A stretch of 60,746 nucleotides of DNA, filler included, from Sphacelaria rigidula (lineage: Eukaryota), in the NCBI GenBank assembly GCA_964200075.2. It is 5 parts of 5 records of this genome, joined end to end, with 100 filler letters (N's around TTAATTAATTAA, not from the genome) between each part and the next. Parts side by side here need not be neighbours in the genome. Positions count along the whole stretch, not along the records: positions 36,511 to 48,578 come from CAXNAA020004163.1; positions 48,679 to 60,746 come from CAXNAA020004164.1; 3 more parts are not named here. One strand, 5' to 3'. Positions 38,554 through 50,337 of this stretch are shown in pieces. Position numbers and translations under genes: made by a program. Each line of letters starts with the position of its first letter. Positions within the stretch are counted from its first letter, which is position 1. The notes beneath the pieces were generated by a model. That model was not told the DNA's origin, made no database searches, and was given only the letters and a program-made list of their open reading frames with translations.

Positions 38554-39641
38554 GCAATGACAATGGCAGCGACGGACACACAGTTCTTGGGGGGAAGCAA
38601 CAGTAACACCAGAGCAAGTCGACTGGAGTGCAGCACAATCTCAAGGAGATGCTCAATCCCATCTCGAGAATCCCTCCGCGATTCGCAACGAACAGAGCCA
38701 AATCTTTTGACGGGCGCCTACAGCCCAATGGCGAACCGGTTCATCGCCGTCGGCCCCAACAGCTGCAACAGCAGCAGCAAGGGTGTGGCGGTGGCGGCGG
38801 CCGCGGCGGCGGCGGAAGCGGTGGCATCACCGGGGTCGTGCACGGTCAAAGATCAAGAGCAACAAAACCGGGGGCGGTTTCTCTCACTGGCCACAGCAGT
38901 AGCTACGAAGCCCGTTGACCCTTGCACCACTACTACTGCTGTGCGGATTGCCGAAGGCACCGTGGACGACAACAACGAAAATAGGGAGGTCTGCGCCAGG
39001 GTTTTGGTCAACAAAAACTTGGAGCTCCCAGTATGCAGCCCAGCCCAGCAGTCCCATCAACGAGTGCAACCGACCACCAGTGGACACATACCAATCGAGG
39101 CCCCTTCTTGCGCTGTTCAGACGCCCGTCGAGCGTGAACTGCAACAGCAACAACGAAAAGCAACAGAGGCGCACTCGGTGCTGGAAAAACCATCCGCGAC
39201 TTGCTTGTTGCAGTCGAACAACATGAACGACGACGACGCAACGGTTATGGCGACGTCTGGATATCCCGCCGCCGATAACGACATCGACGCTACATCCCAC
39301 GATGAGCATCTACGCCTGCACAGCATGAAAAGTATGGCGGGCAATAGTTTAAGTGATAACATGGTGAGTCTTCCAACACGCGCCGCAGCACCACCGGTAC
39401 AACGTCACCCCAATTACGAGTATGGTTATGAGCGAGACAACGGTTCGGACCAGCAGCACGACGAAGTTCAACACAAACACGAACAACAACAATGGGAACA
39501 ACGAAACTCCGACAGCTTCTCATCGGCGCAGACACCCACGACACCTGATGCTGCGGCAAAAACGCACGCGAGGAAAAACGTGACGTTCTGCTTGGTTCTA
39601 GAAGTTTACCTCATCCCGCAAGCCAGGGAATACAGCAAAAG
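38554..39641 (+). CDS. Large exon of a hypothetical low-complexity (Q/N/A/S/T-rich) protein ending in an RVxF-like motif
   Basis: Lies within the 450-codon ORF 38320-39672. Pyrimidine tract plus CAG acceptor at 38553 and AAG|GTGCG donor at 39641/39642. Ends with RKNVTFCLVLEVYLIPQAREYSK. Confidence 0.6.
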
Positions 39642-42600
39642 GTGCGCCGCATGCTCTGTGTTAGCCGGGTAGGGTTTGGGGAAAGCTCGGGCCGAGGAAA
39701 TCTCCACTTCTACTGTTATACTCGCATTGTTCTGTAGATGATTTTGGTTGTCCGACTATCCCAACAGGGTACTAGGGGCACTGTACTATTCGTGCATACT
39801 AGGGATGGTCCTGGCTTGGCCAAAAATCACGGCGCTGTTGTTGTTGTTATGGACGCGTTTTTCGGAACAGGTCCAGTAACAAAGTGGTGAACGTTCTTCT
39901 AACATTCGCCCGCCTGCCCTGCTCGATGTGTACACGACGCTCATGCAACATACACCGACGTCGACTCGTGTACTCTCTCGACCACGTGATGCATACAAAC
40001 ACTGCGATATCCATACTACTGTACTGTACTGTGCACCAATTTTATGGTCAACCAACAGTAGTCATCATGTCGGAACATCGGCCCGTCGCTGCGCATGTAA
40101 GGAATGTTGAAAATGTACTGTACTGTAAGGTATACGCACGCGCACGTACGCCATGATGAAACACTTTGGATGTTCCGCCCGGCTGCCTGCGTCGGAGTCC
40201 TACTTCGCCATCACTGATGGGGTCGCGTCCCCTCTGCATGCGAAGATATTCATAGTATGCAAAGCAAGTTTCGAAATGGCGAAGTAGGTCGTTGCAAAGC
40301 CGCTGTTGAGGTACAGGTGACCGTTGTGAGGCATTATTATCATCGTGAGTGTCAGCCACTTCGCTCGCTCGCTTTATCGTCACGTTTGTAATTGTGCACT
40401 CGCGGAGTTTTTGAGGGGCGGAATGGAAACTTGGACACACTACAACTTACTGGAGGCTCTGCGCAACATGAAAACGGATCATAGCCGCACATAACATTCA
40501 TATGTGCTACTTGCAAGCCATTTCGATGACCCTCGACGGTGCTTGCTCGTTCTACTTTCCTGGAGTACAACTATCTGTTCTCATCACCACAGACATGGTT
40601 CATTCCAAATGCACTTGTGATGCTGCTGGTATAACAAGCTGGTGCTCTTGGTGACAAGACTGGACTCCATGTGCGTACAGCCGCGCATTTTCATTAATTG
40701 TTCTTGTTCTGTAGAGGGCGAACATACATCCGTATACCCAAGGTATACCTTAGCTTGGTGGGTTGAGCAACTCCAGTGTCACAATGAGCAGAAACGTCTC
40801 AATGAAATGTGTTCGATCACCAACTGAAGTCAACGGCTCACCATTACTCCTCTAGAGGTGGTAGATTTCACAACTTACCCAAGCACTTACGCGCGATGTA
40901 TGTAGTGTATGAAGAAGTTCTAGCAAGTGGGATTATAAGTGTTCCCAAAATCCTTCTTGAGAGAACGCCGTCGAGTCCGTAAGTGACTCGAGAACAACCA
41001 GATGCTGCGGGTGTTTTGATCACGCATCACTAGCCTCATATAATCAAGCGTCGTTTCGCCAGGTACATATATATTGCACCCCCCCTGTTCCTGGCGGACA
41101 TGAGGAGCAGCGATCCGGGTCTCGACATATTGGTGGCCAATCGCGATCGAAGAACATCCTCAATGTTTTGTATGCATCTCCGTGCGTTCAATAACCAACC
41201 GGCACGCGGGAAATTGAGGAGCAATGACAGTATGACCTTTTTTACCTCTGTAGCCTATATGGTAATGTGCAGAATAGTTACGATGTATGTGGAAAGGCTC
41301 TCGTGTCAACACGGCTGGATTCGCAGCGAATCGCACACTATGTGCGACGGCCAATCCGCTGATGATTGACACAACTGCATCAGACCCAACCGGGATGTTG
41401 ATTTTCATCTGAAGGCTTCGGCACACGCAGTCGGCAAAAGTAAGTGGATACGTCGTATTGAATACAGAATACAGAGCGGCTTGAGTGTGGAGCATGTATA
41501 TATATATATATATACTTCGTGAAGAGTTATGCTTGCAGCAGATCAACACCAAATCGTACCGCAAGAAGTTGATGCCTGGCTGGCGGGCAGGCGAGGATAA
41601 GTTACCCCGAACCTGTGCATCCGAAGCTTGGAAGATTTTCGCAGCAGGAGCGGGTACTGAAGTCAAGTAGGTAAATTTTCGATGGGCATACTTTTGAGAC
41701 GATAAATGACTACTTCGCGGTCAGGGGTTAACGCCTGGCTCGTTCAGTACTGGGAGTTAGTTGACTTCTCTGAATGCATCGCAGCTTTGGCCGGTGATTC
41801 GAAACTCCTTTCAAGTTCAGTGATGAGAGTAACAGTGTAGTATCACCTGTGTAGTCGTGCCTTACAGCTGTGTGGTCAGGAGATGTCCAGTGCACCTCAC
41901 GTGAGATATGTACGCTTACAGACAGAATCGAATCTATTCCTGTTGCATCGACAGTAGATTCAATATTGTACGCAGTACACTGTGTACACAAGTTGACGGC
42001 TGCCACGTTTCACGTACTCGCACAGCGTACTGGTATATGTTATCTGGTGATGTACCGTTACTGTTGTACTACTACTGCCTGCCTTCAGCAAGGATCATCC
42101 CGCTACTGAAATATTCAGGGTGCTACAACAACACAGCACAGCAGACTTTCGTGAAGGCGTGGGTCACTTGCCGAACAAGGGTATATGCTGGGTCTAACAC
42201 CGACGCTACACCGTGCTCTCAACTATCGCGCTGTGCTGCGTTCAGAAAATGATTGTACATGTGTTCCCATGAGCACGTAGTAGGATGGAAGGGTCTCCAA
42301 GAGATACACGACACACAGGTCATGATCACCACCACACTTTCAAGACTCGGATGATGGTGACCGCCCAAAACAGCGGCATGCAGTAGTGTTGCGCGAGTCA
42401 GTCTTGAATCCTTTGGTCGGCGAGATGTGTCCCATCCACATGGTGAATCGACATGATGCTCAGAGTTATTCTACGGTAGGGTGGGAGCGGGGGGATGTTT
42501 TGAGCCACCTGGTGCACGAAATATTCAACTGAAGGTCTCGGTGCAAGCAGAAAAGTTCATCCGATTATCCTCGGTATCAGCACGATCCAGGTACTCACGC

Positions 42601-45600
42601 GATTCACATCACCCTGCAACGTTTTCAGTCACGTACAGGGATACGCCGAGTGTGTGAGGTTATGCAACACCCCTGAAGGTGTTTGTTTCGTACCGTCACC
42701 CCGCCCCCCCCCCTCCCTCACTCCTGGAAAAGGGGTTATATTCAACAACAGCGATAACGCGTTGGTCGCAAGATTATGTTTTGCCTTCAGGTGTACATGA
42801 TGCCGATTCACTAGATCGCCTGCCCTGAAGTACTCGTCACGTTCAAAGGCTTGGAGACAATTTGCAGGCCGCCCAAGGAATCACGTCACGTACCAAAATC
42901 GTGCCTTGCGGAGAGATGATCAGTGGTCGACGCGCACTTATGGGGGTGTACGTGGTATCCACATAACCCCTCCCCTGCCCCCCCAATGAACCTGCCCGTG
43001 CGTTGTGGTGACGATATGTCCGCACCTTTTGTTCACGCGCCTCTTCTGTCCGTTGTGTGCCCCGGCCAACGATATCCGCTCAAGTTTTTTGTCCCGTGCG
43101 GTTTGCAAGTCTGCTTGCTACCCTCCCCGAGTTTTCTCTCGTTGAAGTGTTTCTCCTCTCGTTAAGTACGGTAGTATCTACAAAGCTCAAGTGCGTTGAT
43201 ATTTGAAGTCCTTGATGGTATTGTCAGAAGATACCAACAACCAACCCTTTCCTTACTATGCTGGTGTTCCCGAGGAAGCTGTACACCAGTCAGACCCCTG
43301 GTGGTCATAATTAGTTTTGGTAATTTTCAAGGAAAACGATGCCGATTCGACCGAGCTCGGACCGAGTAAAACCCCTGGGTGGTCAAAGGGCTAGCCTGTC
43401 CGTTCACTGCGGAAATAATTGAATTCTTACGCGACTAGTCCCATGTGTGTATGTATCAATCCGAACGGCTATGCCCTTGTTTTTTCACAGTCAATCAGTG
43501 CTTCAGCAATTAAGACACAAGGAAGTATCGCAGTGGAGAGGGTTAAATGTACTACTGCTCATGCAACATATCCAAAACATTATCCCCCGAGTGTAGACGT
43601 TTCGGGAAGACTGGACCTGATCAACCCCTTGGTCTTTGGTCGCTAGACGGCATACATCGACCACAAATTACGACCGCGGAGAACACGCACGGAGAATTAT
43701 TTGCTCTCGTCGAAAGATAGCACACGCAGCATTGGAGGTAAACCCTTTGACCGCGAAGGTAGGTCACCTGCTGAATCGGTATCAATGCTCACTCGAAAAA
43801 GTATGCATAATCCATATGGACTACCTGCACCGCGGGCTACGGGTGAACCCTCAGACCGCAAGGGTAGCCCATCTGGATCATGGATACCCTTTCCAAGTGA
43901 AATTGATGCCGATCGACCTACTGTCGCGGTCTAAGGGTTGAGCACACGACGGAATGAACGATCCATGTTTTTCCTGGGAGTTGTGCGCTCGCAAACAGAG
44001 CAGAGGGCTCTGACCAACACCTACACTCAAGCGTCGAGATCACAGGGCGAATCGGCGGTACCAGTCATCCGGAAAAGATAGTCGGGTGCCCAAGGTGTTG
44101 GATCGTATCTGGTCCACTAACCAGCCAGTAGTAGGTGAAGTCTTGGCACGAAAGATATGTTTGTCTTTCCAATCTTCAATATCCCGTGTAAGGCTACAGT
44201 GAGCTAGCTCGCTGTCTCCGCCCCCGATATGCTGATGACCAGAGAGAGGAGAAGAAGGAAGCGGCGCTGCTGCAAGGCACCGAATTCCAGGCATTTCGGC
44301 GATGCGAGCCGCCAAGAATATGTTTGGTGTTCACCACCGACGGAATGATTTGAGACTTGAGGGGCGCTGATTCGGCAGAGTTTCGATGCTGAAAGTGCGA
44401 CCTTTTATATGTGAAAACAATCTGTAACAGCATATCAACCACCCGCAGCGGCTCCGACCGCGAACGACATCCGGATTTTTGTCGACTCCCCTGCCGTTGC
44501 GAACAGTATTATGTTGCGAGCCTTACATGGAAAATAATAATAGGGTCCATTGATCTGCATGTCGAGCATGTGCGTGCATCAAGGACGGTTGCAGACGTCC
44601 CTTGCCTTCAACTCAGGTTCTCGGAAAGCCGTCAACGCGTAAGAAATTAAAGCAGATTTGCGCATTACTGTCGAAAGTTTCATCCTATGGGCAGGGGAGG
44701 AACGTACTCATTTGTCGCTTGCCCTAGTCAAGATGAGGGAGGGGGGGGGGGGCTTGTGAGCGCCCCAAGCCATTTTTTTTCCTGGCTGACACAAACGTCT
44801 TCAGGTCTGAGATCTCGCGTAGTCCTGGACGGAGAGCTCACACTCGGCCACATGCGAGAAATGGAGACACCGATCCCCCAAAAATCTTGATGCAGTGGCG
44901 CAGTTCGTTTCGTCCGACATGTAGAGCGAGGGAAAACATTTCCCGGGCCATGAAATCGTACCGTAACACCTTCCGGGTTGGGATTCGGACTCCTTTGCGA
45001 GTTGTAGGTGGCGAAAGTCTAGATACGTTTTGAATTACCAGTGAGGCGCGAAAATATAAATGAGCGAGTTGGCCACCGGCATGGGTTTTAGCGTGCAAAT
45101 CATGCTCATTAAACTTTGCGTTTCCACAGCGTACAGGTTGTCTCGATCGCGGGGCTCGTTCTCATGCTCACCTACCCTCCGCTGACGTACATTTGTTGTT
45201 GTCAGTCACCCAGAGGTGTGTACCAACACCCCCGAAAGATTTCCCGACGCTGGAGCACGCATGTATACCGTGGACGGCGGCGTATAGCAGTACCGTGCGT
45301 AGTATACCACCCACCCACTCCCTCTCCTCGAATAACATCCCTGGATGAGTATTCACCGCTTGCTCGGGCGCCACCACAAGGTTGGTGTATACGGTTCTCT
45401 ACAGGCATACGCAGTATATCATCCCTCCTCCTCCCGTGCCCACCCTCCTGAATATCACACCCGGGTGATCCGTTTCCAGGTCGCTAACAGTCCTCACCAT
45501 GGGGTCGTATACTGTTGTTGTTGTACACATCGTTTTCGGTACGGAACGTTCTCGTATTTCTCTTGACGCCCTTCTCTCCTTGCCTCCCGCCTGCCTGCCG

Positions 45601-47934
45601 CCATCCCCACCCACCCCGACCGCCCCTGCCCTCGCCCTCGCCGTCACACAGCGAGGCGCAATCCATGTGGTGGTCAAAAGCACAGCTAGCGGCAATGCGC
45701 GAGAAAGACAGGGCGAGGATGACGGTTGCGGGTAATGGTGGGCGGGGGATGTCGACCGCAGTGCCGTTGACCCGGATTCACCGGCGATCAGTCGGGATAA
45801 AGGCAATATCGACCACGGCGAGACCCAGAACGTCGAGAGCGCGATTGGTCAAGGTGGTCTACCCGCCGCCTGGTGTCCTTGGTATCGGTTGGTGAAATGA
45901 TGCCGTTTAAATGAAGTGCTCTAGTTGAATCTGTCATATGATAGACTGAATTGGTATGTTGAGTTGTTTCGAGTGAGGGGGAGGGATTATCTCGAAATGA
46001 TGATGAGTGAAAGAATGAACAAAATTGGCGAAGGGTGACCGATGGTTTGTTCCTGTTGGTTGATGGCCAAAGCCAACACGTACGCTCGCGTTCATACATA
46101 TATTAGTACTGCAATACTGCACGAGTCAGGCCTTGACAACTCTGTGGTCATGTTTTTTTTAGATATATTGTTATCTATATGATTAGCTATATATATATAC
46201 ATAATGTATTCCACTAAGCGCCAGAGGGGAGGAGGGTGGAGGCCTTTCCCCTTTTGTTCGGGAATCTTCGGTTGATTTTTACCGCTCGTGTTATCTTGTA
46301 CTATACGTGTATATATCATGCTTGTACAGCAGTGATGACGAGGGGAGTTGAAAATAGGGGTCGGAAGCGCTAGAATAGGTGGAAGACGGATCGGGCCGCC
46401 TGATTATCACGGGTGTAACACGTATTATATCACCCCGGGGCCATAGGGAAACACAACCTCGTCTCGTGAATGATGCTGGGGTCGATCACTCCTCCGAGGA
46501 TTGTGTCGTTAAAAAACATGTGGTCGAGATCTACCGTTAACAGACGGGATCGGTAATGCGGGGAGCTGCTCGTGAAATGAAGATCAACATATTTATGTGT
46601 ACACACTTGCATATATATGTTGTTCTTTTTTATTATTCCCGAAATATGTACTTCGTGACCTCTTCCGATCGAAGAGAGGAGATGGTGTGTTTTGTGTAAT
46701 GGTGTTGAAGTGTGTTGGTGTTTGTGAATTGGGGTGAAGGGGGGGGGGAGAGGGGGAGGGTCCTCTAGAGAAGCAAGTGCAGCAGTAAGTGAGTTGCCCG
46801 TGTTCGGCCAGTTCTTCGCGATAATACCCCGCAACTTTGTTTCGACACGGTTATACCGTGACGATGAAAGCTTGAATAGCCGTGGTATGTGTTGAATATC
46901 CCTGTGACATTGCGTATCACGTAAATGTATGTATGTGTGCATGTATGCGAGTGTAAATCGTTCGCATTCGGCTGAGGCAAAAATCGATATCGTCATGCGG
47001 ACTCGAGTATATTTTTGCTCTCTCTCTCTCTCTTCCTGTGTTGTCTTCAACATATGAACACATATGGAGACTTGAGCGTTTCATCCATAAGGCTGACTCT
47101 GACTGCTCCAAATTTGCTTCTTCGGTCTACAATGCCCTTGTTTCAACAGTAAAATGTAATGAAGGGCGGCACGGGGTGGGTGGGAGGGGGTTGTGACCGA
47201 ACTATTCAAGAGACAGGAGAACGGATATGGTTGTGACTGTAGAGCGACGTAAATATTCTCGTTGCAGTGAGTGTGGTACAAAGAACTGAAGACATATGTA
47301 ACAATTCCACAAATGAGATGTCGTAGGTGTATACTCGGGTGGCTATGCCGGAGGCGCCCCCCCCCATAGTCAGTCGCCCATGCATCCATATTGCGTTCTC
47401 TTTCTTCCCCTCTAGCCGTACTTGGCAATGTACCGTTATTCGGTCTGTGGTATCTCTTTGAAATCCGTTCGATGGCAGTTAGGTATCCGATGGAAGTGGG
47501 TGGGTACCCCTGTGATGAATTTTTTGCTCGCCTCCAGTTGTTGGGTGCAGAACTATACACGTGCTGTTCGACCGATTTTTTGCAGCGGAATCGCGCTTCG
47601 TTTATTGAAGGTCCGGGCAAATGCGAGGAAGATGGCTGTGGTGTTGTATGCCATAACGTGGTGTGGACGCCTAGTGGTGGTGTGACGAGTAAGATTTTTG
47701 GGTGTGTTTTTCATGTTTGACTGGATGGATGAAAAGTTACATGAGTATGTATGTGGAAGCGCGTGCAAATAGAGAGTTCGGTGGAACTCGTGTGTGCGTG
47801 TGTGTTGTGGGTAGCCAACGTTTTTTGCTCTCGTTCGCGTCTTTTACTTGAGTAGTGGTCATGATCCAGCTATCACGTGATGAGAGTGAAAATTCGCAGT
47901 CAAATTATGTGGAAGCTTGCACAGGTGCTTGAGG

Positions 47935-48350
47935 CAGGGGGGGGTACAGGATGAGGCATCTCGGGGTTACAATACCCTCGTTACCCTCGAATACTGCGTA
48001 GTTTGGGCTATCAATAATCTGGAGTACTCGGTATCGAAAATACCCTCGAAATGTGTACCCCCAGGGTACGTAACCTACCCCAACCACCTGTAGGGAAGAT
48101 GCAGAGTAGGGTGCTTGGGTTATCGATGCCCCGGGTGTCCGGGAACACTGGGTATTCCAAAATTCCCTGAAAATCCACGGTACCCCGTAGGATAGGATAC
48201 AGAGAAGGATAATTGGGGTTCTCGATACCCGGGATATACTGGAACGCTGAGTATTTCCGACAGTCGATATCCTGGCTGTCCTGGAGTTCTGGGCACGTCA
48301 AAATACCCTGAAAATGTAGGGTACCCTAGGGTACATACCCTGCTGTAACC
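47935..48350. repeat. TACCC/GGGTA-rich dispersed repeat
   Basis: Repeated AATACCCT(C)GAAA and GGGTAC blocks. Similar composition at the window end (60690-60746). Confidence 0.5.
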
Positions 48351-48578
48351 GTCTTTGGAAACGTGCTTGAATATCCGTGTTTTCTGGCCAAGACGGAAGA
48401 AAAAAAAGCTTTTTTTGTCGTTGGTTCGCGTCCTTAATCTTACTCCTTTTGATGCCCTTCCACGGCGGGATAGAGAGGATGGAGGGGGGGGGGGGGGGGG
48501 GGGGAGAGTATGCTGAAGCTGGGGAAGAGGATCACGAAGGGGGACGAGTGGGAGAAGATAAATAAGATAGAAGGAATA

Positions 48579-48678
48579 NNNNNNNNNNNNNNNNNNNNNN
48601 NNNNNNNNNNNNNNNNNNNNNNTTAATTAATTAANNNNNNNNNNNNNNNNNNNNNNNNNNNNNNNNNNNNNNNNNNNN
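48579..48678. other. Artificial contig spacer
   Basis: Same 100-bp N/linker design. Confidence 0.98.
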
Positions 48679-49190
48679 AGAGGCACTAGATGCCCTTAAT
48701 CTGGACATTGCGTCTCATTTTTTTAGGGTTGTTCGATAAAATTTCGTGTAGTGGACCGCTAGTGCATAATAAAATAAAATAAACAGCTTGCTACCTATTC
48801 TCACTTTTTTTTCATTTTTTTTCGTGTTTTTAGTGGAGTTTCGAGAAAAAATGAACGTTGCTCTTAGGCTTCATCGCACTGTTGTAGCTCAATTTCTGGA
48901 ATTGTGATTTCAAAATTAGAATAGGGAACCACGAAAGTGTGCCGGAAAAAAAATGGGCCTTTCTTTTCTTTTTTTTCATCGAGGTTCGGACGTTCTCGTG
49001 AAAAAATGGTCCTGACTAAAGTAGAACGCCCTGAACCAGTGAATAAAAATGAAAAAAAATGAACCTAACCCACCTTTTTTTGTTAATTATGCCTTAGAGA
49101 GCGCCTACACCAAATTTCAATACACGAAAACCAAACGTGGGCCGTTGAGTGGCCTGCGAAATTACTGTTCCGAATTTCTCGGTTTTTGAT

Positions 49191-49459
49191 AGGCCCATGC
49201 TCTTTTATACATTTAGAGTTGGGCCCTGAAATTTGGTATGGACAGTGTATAGGGCATAAGAAAAAAAATACTGAAGTACCAAAACGTTTTTTTTTTCATG
49301 CGTTAAGGGGAATAATCGGTTTTCAGGTATCACCAAAATGCCCTTAACTCATGAAAAAAAAAAACTTTTGGTACTCCAGTAATTTTTTTCCTGTGCCCTA
49401 TGCACTGTCCATACCAAATTTCACGGCCCAACTCCAAATGTTTAAAATAGCATGGGCCT
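49191..49459. repeat. Long inverted repeat (~270-bp hairpin), probably part of a foldback element
   Basis: AGGCCCATGCT..GAGTTGGGCCCTGAAATTTGGTATGGACAGTG / CACTGTCCATACCAAATTTCACGGCCCAACTC..AGCATGGGCCT. Confidence 0.8.
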
Positions 49460-49762
49460 GCAAACTTCAACTCCGCCTCTAGGCTGGCCCAGCTCGTAGC
49501 TCGCCACAAATATCCCCGAGTAGGATATCGACGTGTAGCTGTGAGTTCACACAAGCGACGGAGCCAAAGAAAAGCACACACGGAATGAAAAATTGGCCAA
49601 GTTAAAGCGAGTGATCAAAACCACTCTCCATCAGCACGCTACTCTCGATCTCACGAGAACGTTGTTGATTATCGCTGATAATTTCACAACCTTGACGATC
49701 GCGCCATCGAACACAGCTACGGTCTCGTCCACTCGGGTCTTGTACGGTTTGTATTTCACGAC

Positions 49763-50016
49763 GAGTCATGCTACGATAGGGGGGGGGGGGGTATTTTGGG
49801 TCGTTTTCTTCCACGGAATTCCACTCCAATCGCCGTTGAAAGCAGCCAACAGTTGCTCAAACACGCTCGCTCCCGATTCATAATGCTCGTCCATACTGCT
49901 TCACACCGCTTTTACCCAAATACAAGCGCATCGCGATTAGGTCGTTCGACGCATCTATGATCACATTTTTTCGTGGAATCGAACACCCCCTTACCCCCCC
50001 TATCGCAGTATGGCTC
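49763..50016. mobile_element. MITE with GAG-starting TIRs and 4-bp TSD (Sola2-like), copy 2
   Basis: TIRs GAGTCATGCTACGATAGGGG / CCCCTATCGCAGTATGGCTC, TSD CGAC (49759-49762, 50017-50020). Confidence 0.85.
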
Positions 50017-50245
50017 CGACACGGTAACGAGAAACTTCTTCAGCATTTATACCAGTCCTGACGACGACGCATCGTGGCGATGTTTCACTTCCGCGTGTGT
50101 ACCCCCATTACAACCACTGAAGACCGACGACGAATCCAGCGGGTACATTATGCACATCAACTCACACTGCCACTAGCACCAGCTTCTCGCGACGCTCAGG
50201 ATGCTGTCAAGATTAGTTCATCACAATATTGCCAGTATTCCACAC

Positions 50246-50318
50246 TGATGCGCCCACATATCCCGGAAGGGGTTGACTGGCGCCCACAGAATAAATGGGA
50301 CAACACACAACACACACA
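50246..50318 (+). mobile_element. SINE family A 3' tail fragment, just past the EsV-1-7 stop codon
   Basis: CTGATGCGCCCACATATCCCGGAAGGGGTTGACTGGCG..GGGACAACACACAACACACAC matches the tails at ~19190-19262 and ~32400-32470. Confidence 0.65.
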
Positions 50319-50337
50319 TTCCACACTGTGTGGGACG

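Noticed and set aside
40048-41830. Protein-like minus-strand frames
   Set aside because: They are interrupted by stops and frameshifts with no identifiable family, so the support is too weak to call.
46430-47620. 207-aa and 179-aa minus-strand ORFs
   Set aside because: They include simple repeats, and no domain or retroelement motif was recognisable.
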